In this document: piece after piece, positions 1 to 13,330 of the stretch | How positions within the stretch are numbered: position 1 is the first letter of the stretch | Layout: each line of letters begins with the position of its first letter | Assembly (NCBI RefSeq): GCF_030028105.1 | Contig: NC_092380.1 | Span: 70,243,717-70,307,716, forward strand | DNA length: 64,000 nt | Direction of reading: 5' to 3' | From: Mobula birostris | Lineage: Eukaryota | Program-made: the position numbers and the translations under genes | The notes under the pieces: generated by a model | Seen by the model: the letters and a program-made list of their open reading frames with translations, nothing else | What the model was told of the DNA's origin: nothing | The model's database searches: none

Positions 1-74
1 CATACCACCAACAATAATTTAACAAAAACTCCTGCATGTATCCATTTATGTTCTCTAATGGCTATTGGAATCTT

Positions 75-1971
75 CCTTTCTTTTTCAATCTTTTTATTAA
101 TTTCACAGAAATAAACATAACATGGTAGTAGTACAAAGTTATTGGGAATACATTGTTATAATTAAAATTAACATAAGTGATTATAAAGCCAGATAATACA
201 AATGATAAAACTCACAATCATATAGGATACGGAAGAATAATATAAAAGAAAGAAAAATATCTAAAAAAAAATCATGAAGAAGGAAAAAAAATACCCCCCC
301 AAAAAAAAACTATTCTAAGCAGAACTAATCAACTAAACTAAAAAAAAGACATGGGCTGTTTTGTAACATTGTAAACAAAGAGAAAAAAGAAAACCTTAGT
401 GTCGACGACTCCATTCCTCTGAACCAACATTACAAAGAAGTAAAATAAGTTTGGAAATGGTCAAATTACATCATATGAAAATTTTGAATAAATGGCCTCC
501 AAGTCTTTTCGATTTTGATAGAGGGGTCAAAAATAACACTTACAAAACAACAAAACTTACAACACATATAAAAACAAAAAAATAAAGCATAAAGATTTAC
601 TTAAAGCTGATTTTTTACCCTTAATTGACCAGATTAAACGTTTGTTTACTAAATGGTCACCAATGTCTTTGTCAATGATTGGTCGGATCAATGCTATCAA
701 GATGATTATTTTGCCTGAATTTTTATATGTATTTCAATCGGTACAAATTTTTATTCCAAAATCTTTTTTTGATAATGTTGATTCAAAAATTTCCTCATAC
801 TTATAGCAGAATAAAAACCTTTGGTTAGGTAAGAGACATTTACAGAAATCTAAAAAAGGTGGGGGGGTGTTAGCACTCCCAAATTTTAGATTTTACTATT
901 GGGCAATTAACATTCGATACTTAAAATTTTGGTTACGGGACTTGGATGTAATTTCAAGCCCACATTGGGTAAATCTTGAATGTAATTCTTTACAAGGGTT
1001 TTCAGTGGGTTCTGTTTTAGGGACTTTGCTTCCTTTTATTCCTTTTAAATTGTATAAACAAATGAATAACCCAATAGTTAAATATACTCTACTTAAATGG
1101 TTTCAATTTCATAAATTTTTTTGGGTTGAACCAATTTATTTTAGCAAGTCCTATTATATCTAATTCCTTTTTTCAACCCTCCGCTATGGATCAAGCCTAT
1201 TTAGACTGGAAAATCAAAGGTATAGTAGGATTTCGTGATTTATTTTTGGATAATTGTTTTATGTCCTTTGAACAGTTATCTAATAAATATAATTTACCTA
1301 GATCTCACTTTTTTAGATATTTACAGGTTAGAAACTTTTTAATTACTGTTTCTCCTAATTTTCCACATTTATATTCAATGGATATTTTGGAAAAAAAATT
1401 TTAGATTTAAATCTTCTTCAAAAAAGTGTTGTAGCAATTATTTATAATATAATTATGAATTTATGTCCTGATGTAAAATTAAAACTGATTGGGAAAGAGA
1501 ACTCAAGATTACTGAACAGATTGAAAAATGGGAAAAAATTCTTCAATTAGTTAATTCATCCTCTATGATGTGCTAAACATGCGTTGATACAGTTTAAAGT
1601 AGTGCACAGGGCTCATATGTGCAAAGATAAATTATCTCGTTGTTATTCTTATATAAATCCTATATGTGATAGATGTCAATCCAAGATAGCTTCTTTAACT
1701 CACATGTTTTGGTCTTGTCCTTTGCTGAAAAAATATTGGAAAGATATTTTTGATATTATTTCAACGGTTTTGAATATAGACCTATAACCTCACCTAATTA
1801 CTGCTATTTTTGGGTTACCAATGATAGAATCAAATCATTTAACCTCTTCAGCTCGTCGGATGATTGCATTTCCTACTTTAATGGCTAGAAGATCCATTTT
1901 GCTGAATTGGAAAGAGATTAATCCTCCCACCACATTTCATTGGTTTTCTCAAACTATGCTGTGTTTAAATT
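75..1971. mobile_element. L1-clade LINE, 5'-truncated and internally inverted (twin priming), 16-bp TSD
   Basis: TSD tggctattggaatctt at 59-74 and 1972-1987. About 583-1971 (+) encodes ORF2 from IGRINAIKM to WFSQTMLCLNL. 75-540 (-) encodes SVIFDPSIKIEKTWRPFIQNFHMM* plus 3'UTR, AATAAA and an A-rich tail. Empty site at about 20161-20180. Confidence 0.88.
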
Positions 1972-2026
1972 TGGCTATTGGAATCTTGCAAAATAAGAAG
2001 TGTTAACAAATAAAACATTTACTCAC

Positions 2027-3242
2027 TCAATTTAACCAATTTACAGCTAGTTTTCTTGGTGTCTGTCATACTTTCATGCTGGAATTCACACGTTAATAAC
2101 TTTCCCAAATCTTCTCTTTCAGGAATAAATTTCAAATGACTTGTCCAGCCATACTGTAAAGTCATAGTCATACTTTATTGATCCCAGGGGAAATTGGTTT
2201 TCGTTACAGTTGCACCATAAATAATTAAATAGTAATATGTAAATTATGCCAGGAAATATGTCCAGGACCAGCCTATTGGCTCAGGGTGTCTGACCCTCCA
2301 AGGGAGGAGTTGTAAAGTTTGATGGCCACAGGCAGGAATGACTTCCTATGATGCTCTGTGTTGCATCTCGGTGGAATGAGTCTCTGGCTGAATGTACTCA
2401 TGTGCCCAACCAGTACATTATGTAGTGGATGGGAGACATTGTCCAAGATGGCATGCAACTTGGCCAGCATCCTCTTTTCAGACACCACTGTCAGAGAGTC
2501 CAGTTTCATACCCACAACATCACTGGCCTTACGAATGAGTTTGTTGATTCTGTTGGTGTCTGCTACCCTCAGCCTGCTGCCCCAGCACACAACAGCAAAC
2601 ATGATGGCACTAGCCACCACAGACTCGCAGAACATCCTCAGCATCGTCCGACAGATGTTAAAGGACCTCAATCTCCTCAGGAAATAGAGACAGTGCTGAC
2701 CCTTCTTGTAGACAGCCTCAGTGTTCTTTGTCCAGTCCAGTTTATTGTCAATTCGTATCCCCAGGTATTTGTAATCCTCCACCATGTCCACCCTGACCCC
2801 CTGGATGAAAACAGGGGTCACCGGTGCCTTAGCTCTCCTCAGGTCTACCACCAGCTCCTTAGTCTTTTTCACATTAAACTGCAGATAATTCTGCTCACAC
2901 CATGTGACAAAGTTTCCTACCGTAGCCCTGTACTCAGCCTCATCTCCCTTGCTGATGCATTCAACTATGGCAGAGTCATCAGAAAACTTCCGAAGATGAC
3001 AAGACTCTGTGCAGTGTTTGAAGTCCGAGGCGTAAATGGTCATCCATATACATATAGCGGCCATCCTTTCCCAAGATAGCTTCAGGTTCAGCATTCATTT
3101 CTTCCAGTATATTATTATCCATATTCCAGATAACTTTGATATTTTTTTGGGAAGAAGGAATATATTCAGCATGATGCAAAACCAAATTCTTCTACAATTG
3201 GGACTTCAGGAACAATTTTTATATCATCACATTTTGGGATTG
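2027..3242 (-). pseudogene. Post-TM Ig exon c (copy 1), interrupted by a Rex-Babar LINE
   Basis: ttgctgctcag| AIPKCDDIKIVPEVPIVEEFGFASC*IYSFFPK(frameshift)NIKVIW...ILGKDGRY [insertion] WTSHLKFIPEREDLGKLLTCEFQHESMTDTKKTSCKLVKL |gtgagt. Confidence 0.8.
2161..3038 (-). mobile_element. Rex1/Babar-clade LINE, 5'-truncated RT C-terminus
   Basis: KFSDDSAIV, KKTKELVVDLRR, YKYLG, LYFLRRLRSF; (TATGAC)n tail at 2161. Confidence 0.88.
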
Positions 3243-3489
3243 CTGAGCAGCAAAGAAAGGGAAAAATAAACTGTAAAAGATTGAGACAAACTACACGTTT
3301 TGTTTAAGAACCAGCTTTAGATGGAATCATTAAAAAGAGGATACTGATATTCAGTTTGATGGGGCTTTTGTAGAACATTCAATAGATCACTGAAGTATTA
3401 TAGATTGCTAGAGAAATCTGCAGACTCAAGTCCAAACCCTCCATGATACTAGGGGAAATTAAACTCAGGTAATTAAATAAATCTATACT

Positions 3490-4610
3490 AACCAGAAACA
3501 GTACAGAATGGGAACATGCCTTTCACTCCACAATCTTGTACCAATCAAATTACATCATCAAATGCCCAACAAAACTAATCCATTCTAACATCACGCCAAC
3601 CACTGAAGTCAGACTTACTGGCCTACAATTTCACAGTTTTATCTCTCTCCTTTTTAAAGTATGGAGTGACATTTATGATTTTCCAGTCCTCCAGCACCAC
3701 TCCAGAAGGGTCTTGCTACTAACAGTGCCCTGTTCCTTTGCATGTGAATTTTCAAATTGAAACACTTCACATTTGGCCGAAGATAATAAGCTCCATCTGC
3801 AACTGATCTATATCCCACTGCATCCTTTGCTAGTCATCTATTTTAACCAAAACACTGCCAATCTGCATATCATCTACAAACTTCCTAACACACCCATCTA
3901 CATTTTCATCCAGGTCATTAAGGTATTTGGCCAATAACAGAGGTCTCAGTATGGATCCACATGAATACCAGTCACAGACATTCAGCAAGAATAGGTCCTG
4001 TCTACCACTACTCTCTCTCTTCTAGGTGCACATAAATTCAGAATCCAAATGACCAATTCACCATGGATCCCATGTATTTATATCTCTTCAATGAACCTCC
4101 TCCGAGGGACCTTATCAAATGTCTAAGTAAAATCCATGTAAACAACATCCACAGCTCTATCTTCATCATTTCCTCAAAAAGACTTAATCAAGTTAGTTAG
4201 ACACAACTTGCACTGCACAAAGCTGTGCTGATTATCCCTCAATATGGTTTTCCAAATGCTCATAAATCCCATCCCTAAGAATCCTCATCAGCAAGTTCCC
4301 TATCAGTGATGTGAAATTCGCCTGTCTATTGTTAGCAGGATGATCCCTATTTCCTTTCTTAAATAATGGAACCACATTAGCTACTTGACAATTCTCTGGG
4401 ACTTCACATGTGGCTAGAGAGGACATGGTCAAGATCCCAGCAATCTCATTGCTTGCCTTCCTTAATAATCTGAGGCATATCCCATCGGGACCTGGGGATT
4501 TATCCACCTTAATGTCCTTTGAGAGAACCAATAAACACTCGTTCTTTATCTCAACATGCCCTGGTAAATTAGCATGCTCCACACTGGTGTCCCTACCCTC
4601 CTTGTCCTAA
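3490..4610 (-). mobile_element. Decayed CR1 LINE RT fragment
   Basis: DKSPGPDGI, ANVVPLFKKG motifs; paralog at 27258-27930 lacks about 557 bp. Confidence 0.75.
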
Positions 4611-5544
4611 AGCTTTGGTATTCCACCTGAACCTAAGATGAATACCTGGATCCATGGAAAAAGACAAGCTTTCTTTCAGCCTTATATCATCCAATTCCTT
4701 GACTCATCCCAATTTTGGCCTAAACTTTCACTGAGAGATAATAATTCTAGCCTCAACTACTGCAAAGATTTGTGACATACCTCTGGTTCCTGCATTCAAT
4801 AAATATTAGCTTATTTAAACTATTTCCTGCACCTTAACTCTTGTTCCTTCACCAATAATAATTACTTTTCATTTCCAGACAGCAGTGTCATTGGCATTCA
4901 GGACTTCAGCCACTTAACTTGTATACGTTATGGAACTTGCTTCAGAAGCTTCTGAGGCTTTGTAATATCTTGGTGCCTTACAATTCACCTCAAAACCTAT
5001 CAGATTCTTTAGCTTATTCTAGTTATGGAACAAATAAGAGCCTTTGAAAGCATTTCTCTGCAACTCACACATCCCAACAGTTCTGTTAATGTAACAACAA
5101 AGGAGGCAAATGACGAGAAAATCAGAAACACAGCAGAATAAAAGTGAAGATGAATTTTACATTAAAACAGAGGGCATGCTAAGACATTGGTCAGAAATAA
5201 TCAATAAATTAATAACTGATATATTTTATATTTTAATTATTACCAAGTCAATACTTTATCCCCATACCTTCACCGAGATCTTAAAATATAGTTTTATGTT
5301 TTTGTTAGCACAAATTAGAGGTCATTGCATGTGACCTCTACCTTAATATCTTTTAGAAAAATGATACCACAAGAGCAATAAATTATTTGACTGCAAAACA
5401 AGGAATTTGCCATTAGTGCTCAAATTAATATGTTTAAACCTGTAGAAGTTCTTTCTGGGCTGATTCCAAGATAACCTAAATATCGTAGTTAAAACAATAG
5501 TAAAACATGATACGCAAATATGAACTAATACATTCCGACTGTAC

Positions 5545-5900
5545 CTTTTATGCTTAGTGTAACACCCTTCAGTATTTTTGAACCTGTGGACAGATGTTCA
5601 GCTTCACAAATATACTCTTCCTGAATGGTTGGTATAAAAGCAAGAACACTTAAGATACTGTAAGTATGGTCTTCGTATTTCACCTCATGTAGGGTGTGGG
5701 AATATTTGGGAAGATTTCTTTCATTCCCAGCAAAAAATTTCTTGAACTCGTGGCACATATTTCACAATTTCTTATAATTTGTCATTCTGCTTCTAGTACC
5801 AAGTGATAAGCAGTGGTCTTGGTTTAAATCCAGGACAATGCAATCAAATCTTCATGAATGATGCAAGGACGTACTAGAATGTCTGTCATCTTCGGTGCAA
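5545..5900 (-). pseudogene. Post-TM Ig exon b (copy 1)
   Basis: About 13 substitutions in about 350 aligned bases against 28755-29120 (counted by eye), plus a 12-bp deletion and private stops. Confidence 0.85.
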
Positions 5901-6103
5901 CTGTTTTTTTATTGAGAAAAAAAAGGATAGAATACTTAATGTTGTCAGCACACGACATTGTCTTATTTTGCAAAAGATAAAATAAACTGAGGGATTTATT
6001 TATTATTTAACAGAAGCTGCACCTTTCTGTTTCCCAGCGCAGGCCATGGCCTCTTTAAGTTTTTTCATTTCTCTGTGTGAACGCCCATCGTGGGCACTCC
6101 TCG

Positions 6104-6117
6104 TTTCTTTCACTTTC
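6104..6117 (-). promoter_or_regulatory. IRF-E/ISRE-like element GAAAGTGAAAGAAA, 57-70 bp upstream of the copy 1 ATG
   Basis: Matches the GAAANNGAAA consensus exactly; function is inferred. Confidence 0.5.
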
Positions 6118-6532
6118 GGGAGGGAGAGGCGCGCCTAAGCACTATGGCATAGCTGAGACCCGCCCCCCGAGTCGCATTGCACCATCATTTTCATCGTCGG
6201 CGGGGCGAGAAAGCCGAGGCAACCTGGACATCAATGAGCTTTCATCCCACGGGTCCAGAACACTTAAAACTCTGGATGCCGTGGGACGCTGTCTGCATTA
6301 CTGCACATACACTAATGACTGCGCAGCTTCAGAAGACCGACCAGGTCAGAAAGAGCAACAGCTCCTGATCAGTGCCCTCCTCATTGAAACACAGTATCTC
6401 CCATCGCTGCTCCACTCTCATCCGCTCCCTTTCTGTTCCCATTCCCTCCCCTCAGTTCAACTCCCGCCTCCTCTCTGCCTTATGATGTTATTTAGTAATA
6501 TATTGATTTTTTTCAGCAAACCTAGCAAATCA

Positions 6533-6545
6533 ATTGGTGACGTAA
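6533..6545. promoter_or_regulatory. Adjacent CCAAT (ATTGG) and CRE-like TGACGTAA; identical at 51863-51875
   Basis: Direct motif match, retained in both copies, about 490 bp upstream of the copy 1 ATG. Confidence 0.35.
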
Positions 6546-9500
6546 GAGGCTGAGGCAGGAATTTAAAAATGGTAGATTTGTTTTTCTTGGTCGTACGGGC
6601 TGAGGTACACTGAAAGCACTTGTCTTGCATACCGTCCATACAAATCAATTCATTACAACAGTGCAAGATGAAGCAAACCGGTGGAGGAGCTCTGCGTCTC
6701 ACTTGGCATTTGTAAATGAAAATAGACAGTCGGCGTTCCGGATCGAGACCTATCATCTGGACGGTCCATTTCCCTCAGCTGATGATGCCTGGTCTGCAGT
6801 ATTCATCCAACTGGTTGTTTTTCACTGCAGATACCAGTTTAAATATGAAGGCTCTTGTGCCTTCATATTTAAACTGAGCCCTGGAACCAGGGCCTGGGGG
6901 ATTTGAAGGGGTGCACAGCAAAGCATCACCGGATGAGTCAGATACCTTATTATTTCCAAGTCGCTGAATAACAGATTAATGTTGTTTTACTGTAGTGAGC
7001 TTACTGGAGCTGTAGGTTGACACGTTCCTAAGGTCCTGATAGATGTCATGCTAGAGTATTGGAATAAGTGGATAGTGGCAGTATTGGTGTAATTAATAAA
7101 ACAACATGCTAGAAATAGTAATTAAGTCAAGCCTCATCGGTGGGAAGAGAAACAGATTTATCATTTAGGTTGAAGGCCCTTCTTCAATGACCCCAGTTTT
7201 ACACTATGGATGACCTCACCCACTCTCTCTGCAGCTTACCAACCATCTTTCCTTCCTGTTTCCAATGAAAGATCAATATGAAGCTTACTTTTGTTTCTCT
7301 TCCACAGATGTCACCTGACCTGTTGAGTATTTCCAGTGTTTTCTGTTTTTATTTTAGTTTTCCATTGTCTGCAATTTGGCTTTAATTAAGATTTTCAGAG
7401 ATTGTAACTATATTGGTTTTAATTTTCCCAAATTCCCTGGAATCAAGAAAAGTTCCATTGGTTTGAGAAGCAAAAAAAATCCAACTCCTTATTTCCAAAA
7501 GGGAGAGAAATGCAAAGACAGAAACTCTGGGCTAGCTTAACATCTGACACAGGGAAGTTATTAAATGGAGAAGCTATTATTAAAATGTTCTAGCACACCC
7601 TTAGATAAATGCAGCAATTTTAAGAAAAGTCAGTGTGTTTCTCTGAAGGGAAAATTAGGTTCAACTGGTTCATTGGAATCCTTTGATCTCTGGCTAATGA
7701 GGAATTATTTATTTTTATTTCTCTAGCGATACAGTGGGGAATAGGCCCTTCTGGCCCAATGAGCTATGCTGACCAGCAATCCGCTGATTTAACCCCTCAC
7801 CTAATCACAGGACAATTTACAATGAACTATTAATCTACAACCTCTTTGGCCCATCTAGTCAGTTTCTATGCTGTAGTGTCCTGTGACTCAAATGAAACAT
7901 ACAATCCACATCACTCTATCTGGGACTTTCAGTATTCTCCCCTCATTCATTTAAACCAGTGCGTATGGGTCTAGTGCCAACAAATGCTCCACATGAGTTA
8001 ATCCTTTCGATCACTCCCAAGATATTCTCATGAACCTCCTCTGGACTCTCCCCAGTGCAAACATATGTTACATATGTATAAACACCGTTAAAAATAAATG
8101 GATGGCTGAACAGAGCTTGTACATGCTGGAAATGCTGCTTTATTTGGCATCCCAGGCTGGGAATTCACCAATCCCTCAAATTTGCCAGCCTCTGGTTCTT
8201 CGTGATTAATTCTACTCTATTGCTGCAAATTTTACAAAATGAAATAATGGGGCCAACATTGTCTTTGACCTCCACCATCACACATTAGACAATCTGTCAG
8301 TGCCTGTCTCCATTTATCATTCATCTGCGCCAGTCTTTCAATTCCACCACTGCTTCCCTCCCTTACCTGGCACTACCTGCCTGTCATTTTACACCCCTCA
8401 GGTGCACTGATCACTTGGGAGTCCTTTCAGGCCATTCCCCTTACTCTCTCCATGCTGAATGTTGGTGTAGGTTTTTGACCAGAAACACAGATAATTTCCT
8501 TCCTTCCACCGATGCTGCCAAACATGCCGAATTCCTCCAGCAGACCGTATGTTGCTGCACATTCCAGCATCCGCAGTCTCTTGTTCTTCCAATCTGCCAG
8601 TGGGTGTTCACATTGTTTTTGCAATTTAAATGTTTCTTAAAAATATGGCTTCGGTCTGGAATTAACAACAATGTTGTATTTTAAGTATAATTGATGTAAA
8701 CATGATTGTATCATTAACTTGTAAGGAAAACACATGATCTATTAAAAGAAAACATGAGCATAGTTTATTTTAACAATTACCAGATACTTAAAAGGAGCAA
8801 TGCAAGAAAACCTTTCCCTCCTGCTTCCCATGCATTTGAGCCCCCAGTGAGTTGTAGCTAGAGCTGGTAGTACATCAACAATGATTTGCTACTTCAAGGG
8901 CCTTTTACCAGAGACTTGCATTCATGTCATACATTCAGCATACCTCCCAAAGTACTTAACAAAGAAACGTTGACTCTGCTTCACATAAAGTAATATTACA
9001 TCAAACAAACAAGATTTAGGAAGCTTAAAACAGGTTGGAGTGGTGGAGATGTTTAGGAAAAGAATTTCAGATCTCAAGCCTTACAACTCAGAGGCTCTGA
9101 GATCCACAGTTATGAAATGCTTTCTGAGGCCAGTAATGGCATGCAATGCATTAACTACAGCCTCCCAGATACATCTGATCCACTGCAATTGGCCTTGCAC
9201 TGCCAGATGCCATCTCTTTGGCCCTACATTCATCACTAGAGCATTTCAATGGTAAACACCTCTTTAGACTATTACTTACAGATTACAACTCTTTCTTCTG
9301 TACTATAATTCCAAACTCACTAATCTCCAAACTCCAAGATCTGAGACACAACACCTTCCTTTACAACTGAAGCCTCAACTTCCTGACCAACAGGCCACAA
9401 GTAGTAAAGATGGGCAGCAACACCTCTGTCACGATCATCCTCAACACTCGCACACCACAGCCCCCTACTGTATTCCCTGTACACTCATGATTATGTGGCC

Positions 9501-11309
9501 AGCTTATGCTCTAACTCCATCTCCTCCATTTATATACAGGCCTTGAACAACAATCCAGTAGCATGCACCACGGTCCGTTTGCGATCAGAACATCACAAGG
9601 TGAAAACAGGCGTGAACTCGTGTGCCTTCAGTGTTTACGATCTGTAGAGAGAGAAATAGAGTGACCTGATCTGCATGATGAGGACACTTACCTGAGGCGG
9701 ACGCACCTGTTCAAGAATCTCCATCTGCTGCAACACTTCCAGGAACCTATATTAGATTGGGTTGTTTATCTGTCCCACCACAATGATACATACCATCGCC
9801 TAATAGCTTAGGGCAAGTGACTAAAGAGGCAGAATAATCCTTTCACTTTGCCAGAGCATTCAGGTAGTCTACCCCAATCTCCATTAGATTTAGTGGGTTT
9901 TTTTTGGTGAGTTCTAATGTTGAAAACATTTCAAAAACATGAGACTGCTCTTAAAAGGGAATTAGTGAAAAAGGGAGGAATACAGAGAGAGAGAGAGAAA
10001 TTGTTAAAAAACAAAGCAAAAAATTGTCATAACGTTGGCAGTTCTTTTCGATGTTTATGTAAGGAGCATAAGTTACGTGCTATGGGTAAAATGAACTGAA
10101 TCACTCAGTATCGGTGACTATAATTTCAATGCAGTTCTATAGGCAAAAAGTACATAGTTTTTCTCTTTTTTTCAAGAAGGGGGGATGTAGTGGTAGTTAA
10201 TAGTATTATTCCTATACCACTTCCACATGGGAGGAGTTCACATACTGTACAAGTTCCAATAACAATAAACTTCGGTTGAGTATCCTTCAGACAGCATCCT
10301 GGTGAGCTCTGCACTATCCCTCAATAACAAACACAACAGGTCAGACAGCATCTGGAGTTTTGTGAGCAGTTTCTTGCCCCTTATTTAAATGGACCTGAAA
10401 GAAGTTTGCACTAGGGAGAGCCCAGAGGATGTTCATGAGAATATCCTGGAAGTGAACGAAAGGATTAACGCCTGTGGAGTATTTGTTGGCACTAGACCAA
10501 TACTCACTGGTTTAAATAAATGAGGGGAGAATATTGAAAGTCCCAGATAGAGTGATGTGGATTGTATGTTTCATTAGAGTCATAGGACCCTACAGCATAG
10601 AAACTGACTTGATGGGCCACAGGGTCTATGTCAAAATATTAATCTACCTAGTCCCATTGAAGGGTCCCTGGACCATAGCCCTCCATACCCATCATCCATG
10701 TACCTGTCCAAATTTCTTTTAGATGTTGAAATCAAACCCACATCCATGACTTGTGCTGGCAGCTCATTCCACACTCCTACCACCCTCTCTGTGAACAAGT
10801 TCCCCCTCATGTTCCCCTTAACATTTAACCTTTCACACTTAACACATGACCTCTAGTTGTAGTCTCACCTGACCTCAGTGGAAAAGGTATGCTTGCATTT
10901 ACCTTATTTACACCTCTCATAATTTTCTGTACCTCTATAAAATCTCCCCTCAATCTTCTACGTTCTAGGGAACAAAGTTCCAGCCTATTCAATCTTTCTG
11001 TATAACTCAGGTCCTCAAATCCTGGAACATCCTTGTAAATTTTCTCTACACTCTTTCAATCTTACTTACATCCTTTCTGTAGGCAGGTAATTAATACTGC
11101 ACAGAATACTTCAAATCTGGTGTCTTAAACAATTTCAACATAACATCCCAACTCCTGTACTCAAATACATTGATCTACGAAGGCAAATGTGCCAAAAGCT
11201 TTCTTTATGACCCTATCTATTAAGGATCTGTATTCCCCAGATTCCTCAGTTCTACAATACTCCTCAGTTCCCTACTGCTGACCGTGTAAAATCTACCCTG
11301 GCTAATCCT

Positions 11310-11850
11310 TCAAAAGTGATGTACCTCACACTATAGATGTACTGTGGAGAGCATTCTGACAGGCTGCATCACTGTCTGGTATGGGGGCGGGGGCTACTGC
11401 ACAGCACCGAAAGAAGCTGCAGAAGGTTGTAAATTTAGTCGGCTCCATCTTGGGTACTAGCCTACCAGGTACCCAGGAAAGCGGTGTCTCAGAAAGGCAG
11501 CATCCATTATTAAGGACCTCCAGCACCCAGGGCATGCCCTTTTTCTCTCTGTTACCATCAGGTAGAAGGTACAGAAGCCTAAAGGCACACATTCAGTGAT
11601 TCAGGATCAGCTTCTTCACCTCTGCCACCCAATGCCTAAATAGACATTGAACCCTTGAATACTACCTCACTTTTTAAATATATATTATTTCTGGGTTTTT
11701 TGCATGATTTTTAATTGATTAAATATATGTATACTGTATTTTATTCATTTTTTTTCTTCTTCGATATTATGTATTCCATTGAACTGCTGCTGCTAAATTA
11801 ACAAATTTCACAACACATGCTGGTGATAATAAACCTGATTCTGATCCTGA
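11310..11850 (+). mobile_element. Rex/L2-type LINE 3' fragment (paralog about 58460-59000)
   Basis: CTVESILTGCITVWYG...RKKLQKVV...LLPSGRRYRSL motifs and 3'UTR ending aataaacctgattctga. Confidence 0.75.
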
Positions 11851-11974
11851 CGAAGGGTCCTGGCCTGAAATGTCGACTGTACCTCTTCCTAGAGATGCTG
11901 CCTGGCCTGCTGCGTTCACCAGAAACTTTGATGTGTGTTGCTTGAATTTCTAGCATCTGCAGAATTCCTGTTGT
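11851..11974 (+). mobile_element. Penelope-derived short insertion private to copy 1, 12-bp TSD
   Basis: ttctgatcctga at 11839-11850 and 11975-11986; empty site at about 58989-58998. Confidence 0.8.
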
Positions 11975-11999
11975 TTCTGATCCTGATTCTTATTTGCGT

Positions 12000-13330
12000 T
12001 TAATTCCCTCTGCCATTTTTCATCCACTTCTCCAACTGGGCCAAATCCTGCTGCAAACTTTGATAGTCTTCCTCACTTCCCCAATCTTGATGTCATCCAC
12101 AAATTTGCTGATCTGGTTTACCATGTTATTATCCAGATCATTGATATAGATGTCAAACGACAGGGGGACCAGCACCGATCTCTGCAACACACCACTAGTC
12201 ACTGGCTTCCAGTCAAAGAGACAACCGTCTACTACCACCCTCTGGCTTCCCCCATGAAGTTAATGTCTAATCCAATTTAGTACCTCATCTTGAATGCCAA
12301 ATGACTGAACCTTGTTGCCCAGCCTCCCATTTGGGAACTTGTCAAAGGCCTTGCTAAATTCCATGTAGACAATATCCACTGACTTGACTTCATCAACTTT
12401 CCTGGTAACTTCCTCGACAAACCTTATAATTGCTGAAGCACAACATACCACACACAAAGCCATGTTGACTATCCCTAATCAGTCCCTGTCTATCCAAATA
12501 CTTACATATCTAGTCCCTTCAAATAACTTTACCACTACTGATGTCAGGCACACTGGCCTATAATTTCCTGGCTTATACTTAGAGCCTGTCCTAACAATGG
12601 AACAGCATTAGCTTTTCGACAATCCTCCGCCAGCCAACTCATGGTAAGATGATTTCAATATCTCTGTTAAGGCCCCTGCAGTTTCGATGCTAGTCTCCCA
12701 CAGGGTCGGAGGGAACACCTTGTCAGGCCTTGGGGATTTATGCACCCTAATTTGCCTTACAGGGTCCATGACCTCGCTACTGCTTTTCTTCACTTCTGTT
12801 GACTCTCTGTCCATCTTCCAAGTAAATACAGATACAATAAAACCCATTTAAGATCTACTCTATCTCTTTCAACTCCACACATAGATTACAACTCCGGTCG
12901 TCCAGAGAACCAGTTTTGCCCATTGCTATCCTTTTGCTTTTAATATCTGTAGAAGGTCTCAGGAATCTCCTTCCCTTTATTTGCTAGAGGAACCATGCCT
13001 TTTCATAGCCTTCTTGATTCCCTTCTTATGTGTTGTCTTGCATTTCTTGTACTCAATTACCTCATTTATTGTGACCTGCCTATACCTGCTAGGCACCTCC
13101 TTTTTCTTAACCAGAACCCTAACATCTCTCAAAACAAGGTTCCCTAAATCTGTTACCCATGCTTTTTATTCTGACAGGAGCGTACAAACTCTATATTCTC
13201 AAAATTCACTTATGAAGGCTTTCCACTTATCAAGTACACCTTTGCCAGGAAACAACGTATCCCAATCCACACTTGTCAGATCCTTTCTGATACCATCAAA
13301 ATCTTGAACCTCAACCTGAGGACCAGATCA
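12000..13330 (-). mobile_element. Decayed CR1 LINE fragments (paralog about 59010-60420)
   Basis: FSKAFDK, WKPVTSGV, ISKFVDD motifs in broken frames. Confidence 0.75.

Larger units (their letters stand above)
2027..6047 (-). pseudogene. NCR3LG1-like: Copy 1 of the same gene, internally deleted: start codon fused to intron, then exons b and c
   Basis: ATG GCC TGC GCT GGG at 6047-6033 matches exon 1 of copy 2, then jumps to sequence matching 29319 and leftwards. Exon b at 5545-5900; exon c split into 3040-3242 and 2027-2160. Confidence 0.8.

Noticed and set aside
3036-3062. TSD for the Rex insertion in exon c
   Set aside because: The flanks (tatatgtatatgg versus tacagtatgg) are only loosely similar, so no TSD is claimed.
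6625-6906. 93-aa ORF also open at 51954-52235
   Set aside because: It is a patchwork of SINE and Penelope fragments with no domain. Staying open in recent duplicates is expected by chance.
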